Shown here piece by piece: positions 1 through 10,965 of a stretch of DNA of 64,000 nucleotides (positions within the stretch are counted from its first letter, which is position 1; each line of letters opens with the position of its first letter). The position numbers and the translations under genes were made by a program. Source of the stretch: Oculina patagonica (Eukaryota); NCBI RefSeq assembly GCF_052425735.1, contig NC_135768.1:7440001-7504000 (forward strand), written 5' to 3'. Below the pieces are notes generated by a model. It made no database searches. It worked only from the letters and a program-made list of their open reading frames with translations, and was not told where the DNA came from.

Positions 1-1577
1 ACGAGAGTGTTAAAAATGCAAAGGCATGAAGCTATTTACCTTTTATGTTCTCAAAAAGCGTCAACATACATGTCCATGCAGACGTCATGCAAGCCCTTCT
101 TATTCTATTACAACAATTATTTTCATTCAATCCTTTCAGTTTCAGTACCATTATTTTTGTCATCAAGATAAATACTAAGAGCTCCACACTTCAAAGCTTA
201 AATCGCGGTAAAGCAGACTACAATCAAGCGACCTGCTCTTATAATACCCCGCCAAAATATTCCCTCCAAAAAGTGTTCGAAATATGAACCCTCAAATTCA
301 TGTTCATGTTACACGTGGTGTGACATCATGCTTATCGTGTAACGTGTATCGGTTCGTGTACGTAGCATCATCCTAGAGACAAAATTCTTCCAGCAATATT
401 CCCAATCAGTGGGAATATTACAGGCTTTGAACTATGAAACCGTGCGAGGTCAAAATTCAACGTGTTCAGTATGTCAGTATGGTTTATTCAGTTTATTAAA
501 TCAGTGACATCAGTTTCCCTTCTCAAATTAAAAGTCTACATGTACAGCGTATTATAAACCCACTTGCATCATTAATTTCGCTTTGAATTTGGAGCAGAAA
601 CTGAACAAATACACGGAGTATTCCTATAATTTTGCAGAACCAGTGCAGAACGCTGTAATAAACTTCGAAGCGGCGTTGAATGAAATCATGCTGCATGTCT
701 GCGTTTCAAATGTCATTTGATCCCTTGCATCAATCGCGCGCACGCAACAAGTTCTAATGATGAATATATTTTATTCCGCGGCCACAACTCTCTATTACTG
801 GTGCCGATAAAACCCTTCTGCTGTTAAGTTATCAAAAAGGGCTTCGCTGCGCTGGCCGTTGCAATAAAACAGCATAAAAATAAAAGGCGCAAACTTTTAT
901 TTTTTTAGCGTCGACGGGTAAACATGCGGCGCTACATTGTCTGCCGTGTTAGCGTATAAATTGTTTTCCTGAAAAGATCTGTAAACCGTTCTGTTTCATC
1001 TGCTTTACAAGCGCCGAAAACTTGAAACCGGAGACTTTACGTCTCATAAAAATCTTTTAAATGCCTTCACCATGTAAAAAAGTTAAACTTGAGCAAATTT
1101 AATTAGTGTTAATGTTGGGATAAACTTTATCGCCAGTTCATGTCGGAATGGTTCATGTCATCCAACAAGTCACGCACGACGCAGTATGTGTTCGGGAGCG
1201 ACAAAGATAATTATTATTTTCATAGTCTTGTCTCTCCTTGCTCAAACATTGGTTGAGAATAATTTTAAGCAAGAATGTTAGGCAAAAAAATTCTGATCCA
1301 TATTTTACGAACAAGATAAGCTTATAATTTGCAAAGTAGATGAACACGGTACACGATACTGATACACACGATAAACGATGCTCTATACGCTATCAGCTAT
1401 TATTGACACACGATACACGATGCATTATACACGGTATTTCTTCAGCCACGCACGGTGTACGATGCACTATACACGATTTTTTATTCGGATGCACGATGTA
1501 CGATACTTAATACACGATGTTACGCTTTTGCTAACCAACAGCGTGCACTTGGCCAGCAAAATGAATAAAACTCACTA

Positions 1578-1876
1578 CACTTATCAGTTGAGTATGCAAC
1601 AAGGAAAGTTTCCCGCCCAAGCTTTACCGATAAAACTCTGCTGTTGTCAGGGGGCGACAGAGCTAGTTTCCATTGGAAACATCTCATGCTAGTGACCTCA
1701 TCAGTTCCATTCGCGCTAAAGTTGAATCACTGAAAAGTGTGACAGACTGCTGACATCAATAGCACGAGATGTTTCCAATGGAAACTAGTTCTGTCGCCCC
1801 TGACAACAGCAGAGTTTTAATGGTAAAACTTGGGTGACAAACTTCCCTCGTTGCATACTCAACTGATCAGCATAGT
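1578..1876. mobile_element. Foldback/MITE-like palindromic element in a NUSAP1 intron
   Basis: ~130-bp imperfect inverted arms (atcagttgagtatgcaac...gaaacatctc / gagatgtttc...gttgcatactcaactgat) around a short spacer. Confidence 0.7.
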
Positions 1877-1970
1877 ACTTTAACACTGTTTTTTTTTTTT
1901 TTTTGACTTAGAAAGGTTCATAAATAAATCAATAATAATTATCTGATTCTTATTCCTTGCTTTCTTGTAG

Positions 1971-3936
1971 TCCACTGGGGTCACAAGAAAAAGCCAAGCC
2001 AAACCAGCCGAGGTCACTTTCAAGCCAATCGTAACAAGCCTCAACAAATCGGCAACTTTTGTATTTGGCTCTCCTGCAGCTAAGCCATTCTTCCAACCTG
2101 GAAACAGACAACCAAACATAGCAATGTCAGCTGCTACAAGTGGAAAGAAACTCAAATTGAAATCTCCCGAAGTTTTCAAGCCTATCATGTCTGGATCTGC
2201 TGCCAATGGAGGAAAACCAAAGACACCTGTAACTCGAAAATCATTTGCTGCAACAGCTACTGCAGGCGAAAATAAACCCAAGACGCCAGCAAACCCTGCT
2301 CGCAAGTCCACAGCTGTTACACCATTTAGGTCTGAATTTATTCTTTGTTAACTTTTTGTAGTTATGTTTTAACTACCAATTCATTTCAATGTTACAGCTG
2401 TAGTTCTGTTTTTCTGGGATCAGCGGGCTTTCATATGTCTCACAGTGATCTCAAACAGAACTAGTAATAGCTTCTACAGTGATATCTGTGCTTGTAAGTT
2501 TATAAAAGAAATAGCCAAAGGTAAAGTGATGTTCACATATGGTCTAAATTATATTTTGCTAGCAAGGCCTTTCAACTGAATAGTTCAAGATTCAACCAAC
2601 AACAACTGTTAATTTTTCTGCTGTCAGTCACAATATTATTATAATAAAAGAATGACGATCAACGAACCTTAAAAAAAGTACAAACAAGGTGAAACAAAAT
2701 CTACCAATCGCAACATATGACCTTTTGAACCTGTTTCAAGAAGTAAAAGTTTGTCCAATAAGGTGATAGCTGAAAGCAGCAAAAATCGTAATCAATGATT
2801 GAGCAAGTTTGTTTTTACTTTCACAGATTTTTACCAGCCAATGTACCCTCTACTCCTACTCCAACCCCAAGGAAAAAGTTTGATCTTCAAGCCAGTCTAG
2901 CTAAGCCCTTGTCGTACAAACCTCATACTGGAAAACTAAAACCTGTCTCTTCATACAAAGAGGAGTGCAGGCCAACTGTTAGTGAAGCAAAATTGAAAAG
3001 CCGTAAAGTGGATGTCAAAAATGCAAAGGTCACATCAAGGTGAGAATTGTCTGCAAAAAAACCCTCAAAATAATTAATATATACTTTCCTGCTAGCGGAT
3101 GCCTCTACTCGTTTGTATTCGCAGAACTGGCAGATCAAACCTGGGGAAAGAGACCACTGCCCTGGTTTGAAAATAGCTATAGTGTGCATGTGCTATGGTT
3201 ACTTAGCAGCCAAACCCTCACCTGATGTTCTTAGCTATTTGGTCGCAATAAATGACAGCGGAAGTCTGTAAAGAAATGCGTAAGACACAACAGGCTCAAG
3301 TTGTGGTCAGCAAACAATGCAAGGAGCATGTGTTTTGAAAAGAGCCATCCAAGACTGTGGACGACAGTTGAATTAAAGCTATTTTTGACCCAGGGCAGAG
3401 GTCTCTTTTTCCCCATTTTGTCAGCTCAGTGAATACAAAGGAAAAGAGGCGTCTGTTAGCAGCGAAATATTTTAGCGTCAAACCTCTGTTACGCGGTCAC
3501 CCCCAGGGAATGACCAACTGACCGCTTAATAGAGGTATCATGAAATTTATACCTGGCTATCAGATTTTATGTCAGTGTTGTTTGTAAGGCAAGTGTCTTT
3601 GTTGTACATATAACAGTTAGCCACATTATCAACATTTTGCCTTCATATTCAACAGGAAACGAGGAAACCAATCATAACTTTGTTTAAGACTGTACAGTTT
3701 GATTTGATTTGCTAAAACTGGGCATGCTTTGCCAAGTTTACCCATGAAAATGCAACATATTGTATGAGATCTTATTTACAATAATTAATATGAGGAGAAA
3801 TGATAGTTGATCACTTAATAATAGAGGGCCGCTTAATTTTCTTTTCCACAGGGAGGAGCGTCGTATGAAAGGTGTCAAAAATAGAGAGAACAAGAAAGCA
3901 AATGCCTTGAGTAGACGACGAGGGCTGGCCTGTTAA
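1971..3936 (+). CDS. NUSAP1: Nucleolar and spindle-associated protein 1-like, last three coding exons (5' part lies upstream of the window)
   Basis: Exons 1971-2329, 2827-3039 and 3852-3936 with GT..AG introns join in frame. Contains the conserved NuSAP C-terminal motif KKFDLQASLAKPLSYKPHTGKLKP and ends ...NALSRRRGLAC-stop. Basic, S/T/P-rich, low complexity. Confidence 0.85.
3090..3470. repeat. Degenerate inverted repeat (old MITE) in the last NUSAP1 intron
   Basis: 3090-3180 (gcctct...tttgtattc...ggggaaagagaccactgccctgg...aaaatagct) is the reverse complement of ~3375-3470. Confidence 0.55.
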
Positions 3937-4265
3937 CAAGACATGTTTCATTCGTATATTACTGTAAAAATACAATACATTACAAGCTGGTAGCAGATTG
4001 TTGCCAGGTGTTGGTGTTACAAATTCGCAACTTTTCACATTTTAACGCCCACATATAGTTTAACAAACTTTGTATATAATGTCACACTCAGAGTTAATAG
4101 TCTTTAATGGTATCTACTTAGCAATATCATAAAGAATTTCTTGAACACCAAATATGGTTGCTGTGGCATTGTGTGAAAGCGTTTTATGAAGAAAGCAGCA
4201 TTTTCACTTGTTTTCCCACGCATTTCAATCATCTAGCTTGCATTCTATTGGATGTACACTGTATA

Positions 4266-4678
4266 TACCGTATTTATTCGATTAACCGCCCTGGGCGCTT
4301 ATTAAATTTTTGGACCTTGAGAGTGGGTGCTTAATCGAGGCTGGGTGCTTATTAAATTTTCGCGATTTTCAGCAAATAGTAAGTTTATTTTTGTAACAAA
4401 ACAATAAATAACAACAAAACGTAAAGATGTACCAAAGCAGAATTTGAACTGTTCATTGAAAGTTTCTGTAAAATACTAAGAACACTCAGTCATGGGGGAA
4501 GTCTTCTTAGTAGTACTTAGTCAATTTTAATAATCAATGCTCCTCTTGTGCACTTTAGTTTTTTGTGGGGTGGGGGGGAGGGGTGGGCGCTTGTTCGAGG
4601 CTGGGCGCTTATTAACTTTTCCTACCTTCAGGGTGGGCGCTTATTCGGGGTTGGGCGCTTAATCGAATAAATACGGTA
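4266..4678. mobile_element. Tc1/mariner-type MITE
   Basis: TIR taccgtatttattcgattaa ... ttaatcgaataaatacggta including TA ends; internal gggcgcttatt repeats. Confidence 0.8.
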
Positions 4679-5318
4679 AATCACTTGTTAAAATCTTCAT
4701 ACATGTGGTCTTAGTGGAAGTATAAAGTTTCTTAAAGCTCTTAAATAGTTAAATAAAAAATAAATTTATTACCTTTTTCTTTTAGCCTAGCCTTCTATGT
4801 AGATACCCTAGAGTTTGTCGCAATCTTTCCTGTCCCAGCTTTTTACCCAGAATGTTAATAATTTATTGTTCTTGTTTTTTACTTAATTTTACCAGTACTT
4901 ATCAAAGCCTAAGGTGAATGGTTGTAAATATTATCTTATTTGTGGTCAGTGGTAAGAAAATAAAAAAATAAGAAATACAATCAAAACTTTGTTCTGAATT
5001 TCTTGCATGCATCAAACCTCAAGAATTGTCACATTATTATTATTATTGAACATCTTAGCATATTGCCAGTAGCAGGTTCCCTTTGTTTCCTTCTTCATTG
5101 TGCAGATTTTGTACTTATTATATTCTCTTCACCAAAAAAGACTGCAAATCATCATCTCCTAAATCATCTCCTTACGCATTGCCGAGACTGTTCTACAGTC
5201 CCAGCCACAGCTCCCATATGGTTCCATATGGAGCTGGGGTTTAAAGCAACCTTCGGGTTCACCTCTGGAGTAAATGGCGGGGTCTATGATCTTATGTGAG
5301 ACCCTTATGCCTGGCTAT

Positions 5319-5363
5319 GCCGTGCTGATGAGTCCTTATAAGGACGAAACAGCTGTCCATGGC
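5319..5363 (+). ncRNA. Type I hammerhead ribozyme within a ~400-bp retrozyme-like repeat (~5049-5455)
   Basis: GCCGUG-CUGAUGA-GUCCU(UAUA)AGGAC-GAAA-CAGCUG-UC-CAUGGC: intact core, 6-bp stem I, 5-bp stem II, palindromic stem III (ACAGCUGU), GUC cleavage triplet ending at 5357. Confidence 0.88.
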
Positions 5364-5914
5364 TGCCACTCCACGGGTAATAGGCTGTGCGCATGCGTAC
5401 AGGTCTTGGCCAGACCGTGGAGATGTGTCGTGTGACCATTGCATTCAGTGGTTTATTATCTAGATATGCAGATTGATTTTACAATCAAACCGGATGTTCT
5501 TTTGATGGGAACTTTCCAATGTTGTGGTGCAATGTACCAATACCGATTGACAGTTTGATCGAAGCTACTTGCAACTTTCAATTCAAATTTGTTCAAGTGA
5601 GTTGCCAAGTTCCGGTTGTAACATATTGTCGTATAAAATGAGGTACCTACCACCTTTGTTTCAAAGAAACAGAAAATAATTGCCCCTTACTCAATTGTTT
5701 ATCAACAGAATTTGAGAAATTAGCCACAAGCTTAGTTCAAATTGCCTAACTGGGAATCACGCCATTTCACGATATTTCTATAACAATCTTTGTACAACTA
5801 GTCTTCCAATGCTGCTATGTCACATACTACTAAGCTACACTCCTCATCCCCACTAAGGTATGATTCCTAATCATACTCCCCTGGGTGAAAGAGAAGCACT
5901 GTATGAGTACATTT

Positions 5915-6196
5915 TTGTCCCCCTTAGCCGGCTAAGCCTGGGGCATGGGGAACAAGTGGCTCTGGGGACACATGATTTCATTGGCTAGATTTTAACAGAG
6001 ATTTTAAATCTATCCAATCAAATCAACCCTTGTAAAATACCTTACAATGGGATTTTAGAACGGTTGATTTGATTGGTTGATTCAAATTCTCTTTGTTCAA
6101 AATCTAGCCAATCAAATCATGTGTCCCCAGAGCCACTTGATCCTTGTACCCCAGCAAGCCGGCTGAGAGGGACAAGCAGCTCTGGGAACAAGAATG
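5915..6196. mobile_element. Hairpin MITE nested in a SINE fragment
   Basis: ~120-bp inverted arms (gtccc..agccggct..caagtggctctggggacacatgattt / aaatcatgtgtccccagagccacttg..agccggct..gggac). Flanked by duplicated tatgagta and interrupts SINE-like ctgggtgaaagagaagcact...gcccaagaacacaac. Confidence 0.65.
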
Positions 6197-7030
6197 TCTA
6201 TGAGTAATGTCTTATGCCCAAGAACACAACTGGTACCCAGACCTCGAACTAGAATCCAATTCCATCCCCAGGGCCCACTTTCCTTTTGGTCAGAACCAAG
6301 AAATCAGACTGGCCACGTCCAGACTGCTCATTTTGATATTTGCCAGCAAATCAGATTTCAGCATAAACAACAGAAAGTAGATAAATCGCAGACTATTACA
6401 TCAGACTCAGCCAAAGAACGCATTCTTGGTGCTGGTCAATAAAAAGGTGGGCACTGGCTGATGGTGACGAGATTGTCCAACATGAGTACCTCTATTTCTT
6501 TCTTGGCAGTCCTATGAGGAAAAACAGTAACTAATCACAGAAAAGTGGTTGATTTTTTATTCAAAATTTTAAGTAATGTTCTGCTTACTTCATTCCTACA
6601 CTTTGTTTACATTTAAATATACTAATGATAAATGGCAGTCACGTAACAGGATGTATCAGATAATCAAAAGAAATGTCATGGACTGTATTGGTGTCATGCT
6701 TAACTTTGATTCCCCTTAAAGCAGATTTCTAATTATAGTAGCCATTAGTTAGACAGTATTATTTCTGAAGTTACAGAATGGCAGAGTATAGTAGCATGAG
6801 CATTTATGTTCTGAAAAACTGAGCAGAAAGCTAACGTAGTTGAGATAGCTTTCAGAAGCTGTGCTCAATATAAGACACTGAAAATGCTTTTGAAACTACA
6901 GGAAGACTCAGTATTCGAACCAGAACAAGATTAGTAAACTTGTAATAGGCTCATGAAACTAAAAATCCATTGTCACAAGACTTGACTCCACCCTGTCTGT
7001 TCTTTATACAGGATCCGATCAGACCAGCAT

Positions 7031-7094
7031 CAGTAAGTAAGTAACGTAAGTAAGTAAGTAAGTAAGTAAGTAACGTCTTACGTCGTAAGTAAGT
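7031..7094. repeat. (GTAA)n microsatellite
   Basis: Imperfect run of agta/gtaa units. Confidence 0.85.
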
Positions 7095-7266
7095 AGCATC
7101 CAATTTCTTTGTCCAATAGCCACACATTGTCAAACAGACAGGTGACGAGAATTAAGGAATACCATAAGTACAATTGGCTTGATGTACATACTACCAAATT
7201 CTCAGAAACTTGACACAAAAGAAATGACTGAAACTCATTTAGGAGAATTTGAGACTTGAACAGGGG

Positions 7267-8976
7267 TTAAATTGATGGTAATAGGAAGAGTTGAAGTGGA
7301 CATCCATTCAAAAGCACAACTGCAACTGTTATATTGTCACGGCTCCCTGCAAGGATAGCACCTTCAACCAGCCTTTCACTCAAGGCCTTGGCCAGCGCAC
7401 AAGCTTTTTCTTTTCTTTGTAATGTTGATGCCCGTGACTTTATTGAGGGGGGTGGGGGTGGTAGTAAACCAGGTAATTTTATGACAGGTTTGTTCTCATC
7501 AATTTCTGTTGGACTTTCACTAGATTGACTGTCTTCGTTATCACTAGATTTATCCTCGTTAGCCATGCTCTCTTGTGAATTTTCTTCACTGGAAACCTCT
7601 ACAGTATCTTTGTTCCTTTCGGGAGAAGCCACGCCCTTGGTACTACGTCTGGGAATTTCATCCCATTTTGGGACAGGCAACCCCACCTCTAGAGCAGAAG
7701 CTCTTTCTTGCATTCTCATCACAATAGCTTTTACATCGATTTCGGGTAAAATATCTTCGAGGAGAAGAATGACTTCTTCTTCGCTGAAAACTTCCCATAC
7801 TCCGTTCGACGCAAGAATGAGAAATTGGTCCGCATCGTCTAGGGTAAGACAATTGACAAAAGGTGTTTTTATAACACTACTCTTCAGATTTGGATCACCG
7901 TGATTCCCTAGACCCCGAGTACTTTTCACCACGCCGTTAACCAAGGCAGTTTTATCGCTTTTAGAAACGTCCCCTCTTGCCTTCCGAATCCGACGTCGTT
8001 CTCTTTTATCCCATGGACTATGAACGTTCGACAAACGATCGATCGAACCGTCCCCGCGGCATAACACCGCTCGAACATTTCCCGCGTTCGCTACATACAA
8101 ATTATTTCCTCGTAACAAGCAAGTCAGAGCCGAACATCCACTCCAACGATTCCTTGATTGTTCCTCCACGCCGTAGAGCAAAATCCTGTCCATTTCTTCG
8201 AACGCTTCGTTGAAAGCTGTTACAATTTCCTCGTTGACATTTTCGTGTTTCATGTTCGTGTGATAAATACGTTCGACTTTCCTCTCGAGAATTTCGCCCA
8301 GATAGCGCGCGCATTTTTCTGCTGCCATGCTTCCATAATACCCGTCATAAATAGCAAAGAATCCGCTCTGTGGATCATTACAGAAGAAATCTTTAAACGC
8401 GTACCTATCTTCCATGGATGTTTTCCATCGCGAATTCGCATGTTGACAAACGCCGAAAGCAAGCGCGCAGTTTAGAGTCGTTCCATGTCCTTGTATATTC
8501 GGCTGATTGACGAAAAATTCGTCTACATTTCGAAGAGTTGTGTTCGTGCCTTCGATATCAGCCTTGATCATTTCGTATGCCAGGTTTAGCTTTTCAAGCT
8601 TCTTCATGGAAACTGGATTTTCGGAGCTCGCGTTTTCGTTGAGTCGCCTCAAAATGGCGCGACGTCGCTTGATTAACTGTTTCACGCTGGAAGGCTTCCT
8701 CTCCATAGTAAATCGGAACATTTCTAATGCGTTGTGGAATTCTTGGTGTTCTTTTAAGAGTCGAACCTTGATTTCTTCTTCGCATTTCATGCAGACAATC
8801 GAGATTTCGGGTTTTACAGGCGGAGATATTGGATTTATCGGTGGTAAGTGGTGATCTGAATTGCCAGAATTATCCTCGTTCATCATTGCCAAGTATGGAT
8901 CTGAAAAACTGTCCGATTTGTACAACTCGGTTTCGCTAACCACTCGCACAGTGTATCCTTTGCCTTGCAAGTCCAT
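7267..8976 (-). CDS. PP2D1: Protein phosphatase 2C-like domain-containing protein 1 (PPM fold), intronless, ~569 aa from first ATG
   Basis: PP2C motifs SMED, IYDG, GCSA, YVANAGN, TRGLG, LILASNGVWE and GSRDNIT. D-to-N changes typical of the PP2D1 subfamily. N-terminal CxxC-x11-HxxxH. Confidence 0.85.
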   Translation of the reverse strand: MDLQGKGYTVRVVSETELYKSDSFSDPYLAMMNEDNSGNSDHHLPPINPISPPVKPEISIVCMKCEEEIKVRLLKEHQEFHNALEMFRFTMERKPSSVKQLIKRRRAILRRLNENASSENPVSMKKLEKLNLAYEMIKADIEGTNTTLRNVDEFFVNQPNIQGHGTTLNCALAFGVCQHANSRWKTSMEDRYAFKDFFCNDPQSGFFAIYDGYYGSMAAEKCARYLGEILERKVERIYHTNMKHENVNEEIVTAFNEAFEEMDRILLYGVEEQSRNRWSGCSALTCLLRGNNLYVANAGNVRAVLCRGDGSIDRLSNVHSPWDKRERRRIRKARGDVSKSDKTALVNGVVKSTRGLGNHGDPNLKSSVIKTPFVNCLTLDDADQFLILASNGVWEVFSEEEVILLLEDILPEIDVKAIVMRMQERASALEVGLPVPKWDEIPRRSTKGVASPERNKDTVEVSSEENSQESMANEDKSSDNEDSQSSESPTEIDENKPVIKLPGLLPPPPPSIKSRASTLQRKEKACALAKALSERLVEGAILAGSRDNITVAVVLLNGCPLQLFLLPSI

Positions 8977-9062
8977 TGTAAACAAAAATCGTAGACAAAA
9001 AGTAAACTCCTCTTCGTTGGTAGACAGCGTTATAAATAAACTTTCATTTCCTATTAATTATC

Positions 9063-9076
9063 GTTGCTATGGTAAC
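9063..9076. promoter_or_regulatory. RFX X-box upstream of PP2D1
   Basis: GTTGCTATGGTAAC, a near-palindromic match to the RFX X-box consensus, ~90 bp upstream of the ATG. Confidence 0.7.
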
Positions 9077-9132
9077 CATAGTTTCCTGTATCACTTGTAG
9101 CAAATTAGCAATGCGTGACGCAATGAAAGCAG

Positions 9133-10169
9133 TAGCCTGCGTTGCAGACGAACAAAACCCCGGTATAGTGCGTCTGCGAATTAGAGCACAAAAGCTTGTT
9201 CCGGCCCCCCGCGTGTTACCAGGGATTTCTATAATAACCTCTGATTGGCTTTTGAATAGGGCCGTTCTTTCGTGCGCCGTAATTGGTTGAGTTGATCTCG
9301 TGAAACCATAGTTACGCGTTCGATGAATACCAGATACCAGATACAGTAAAACGTTCTTGTCATAAATTTGTGCCGTTCTGTATTGGCATTGGTCATCCAA
9401 TCTATTTCGCTTTTCACTTGTTTAGAAAGGGCACGATATGCTGTCAGTTGTATTATTTGGAGGCGTTTAAAGTTGAGTAGAGCCATAAGACATTGGTCTG
9501 TACGGCTTTCCGTTTGTATATTTTTCCCGGATATTTTGACACCTCTGTTTTACATTTGTCATATGTAATTACTATCGCGGTTAGTCATGGAACATTCATA
9601 TTTGCAAGATATTTTTTGAGCTTTTGAAATATTCCCTCTGGTCCTAAATGTTTCGTGAAGATGTTTGACTACTTGCATTCTGCATTTGTAATGCCAGGTC
9701 CGGCTGTTTATTGTGTTGCAAGGTGTGTTGCTTCTTATCACGGATGACGGATGTTCGTTGTGTGACATTCTTTCACCACAAGACAAATTATTCAACATTT
9801 ATACCATGACCTTTTTGCTTGTCAGTTGTGTATATGCTTCTTGTCGTTATCGTTGTTTTCTTTTTTTTTATGAGATAGTTCGAACCGGCTGCTTTTTTAC
9901 CGCTTCAAACGCTAATTCTCACCGATCTGCTCCGATCTGCCTTGATCGCCGCCAAGTTTGTTTTGTATCTGGTCTTCGTCGAAAGCGTAACTATGGTTTC
10001 TCATGATGCACTCGACCAATTACGACGCACGAAAGAACGGCCCTATTCAAAAGCCAATCAGAGGTTATTATAGAAATCCCTGGTAACACGCGGGGGGCCG
10101 GAACAAGCTTTTGTGCTCTAATTCGCAGACGCACTATACCGGGGTTTTGTTCGTCTGCAACGCAGGCTA
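9133..10169. mobile_element. Non-autonomous DNA transposon, ~200-bp TIRs, 9-bp TSD (Academ-like)
   Basis: Termini TAGCCTGCGTTGCAGACG...CGTCTGCAACGCAGGCTA; perfect TSD tgaaagcag at 9124-9132 and 10170-10178. Confidence 0.88.
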
Positions 10170-10326
10170 TGAAAGCAGAAACAAGTCAAAGCTGTCAAGC
10201 TTTTCTCTTTTCCACATCCTTTTTTGCTTTTTTATTTTTCATATAACAAGCTTCAACACATCTTACTCATGGAAATTAAGAGACCGCTAAGGGATTTTAA
10301 AATGTGTGAGCGTGTTTAAAGCCTAA

Positions 10327-10732
10327 GGCACTGTTCACACGGACGCGGTTTCATTTGTCTGACCGCATCGCTTTCAATGCGGTTACGCCTTTCGTTTACA
10401 CGACGCCGATCAAGACACAAATGAAACCGGATCGTTTTGAAAACGCTCTCAAAAGTGGAGCGTTTTCGGTTTCATTGGTCGTGTAAACGGCAAAACTGCA
10501 TCGATTTGAAGACGGTCAAGTGTTTTGCCACAAATTGACTGAATCGCGAAGACTAAACATGACGAACCTCGCACAGAGTGCAGCGCTTGCCTTATACAAT
10601 CATGCTCGAAAACAGTTAGGATACACGGTAGGATATGTTTCGTGTAAACACTTCGAAACCATGTCGTTTTCGATGCGGTTTCGAGGTCATGAAACCGTGT
10701 TGATTAATAACCGCGTCCGTGTAAACGATGCC
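10327..10732. mobile_element. PIF/Harbinger-type MITE
   Basis: TIR ggcactgttcacacggacgcggtt / aaccgcgtccgtgtaaacgatgcc flanked by TAA on both sides. Confidence 0.75.
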
Positions 10733-10965
10733 TAAATAGCCCCTGCTCCATATATATCTACCAGGAGCCCATTACTGTATCTACAATATGACTTCTGTAA
10801 ACCGTAAATCGCTCTTCTAGTAAAATATTACAAGTTAAAAAAAAAACTTAAAAAAATACTTCTTTTCCATAAGGAATTCGAGGTCCATAACATAACCTTA
10901 TTACCATAAGGTAAAAATTTTGCTCCAGGCTTCTATCATTTGTTCAGAATATTTTTCTAGTCGAC

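Noticed and set aside
1345-1520. 104-aa ORF at 1378-1692
   Set aside because: Produced by degenerate (tacacga)n repeats running into a MITE.
7334-8854. Short + strand and alternative-frame ORFs over PP2D1 (likewise over the SLC35G1 copies, GPCR and LINE)
   Set aside because: Antisense shadows of real coding sequence.
9044-10006. ORFs of 66-118 aa inside the TIR element
   Set aside because: No transposase motifs; they run through the TIR sequence.
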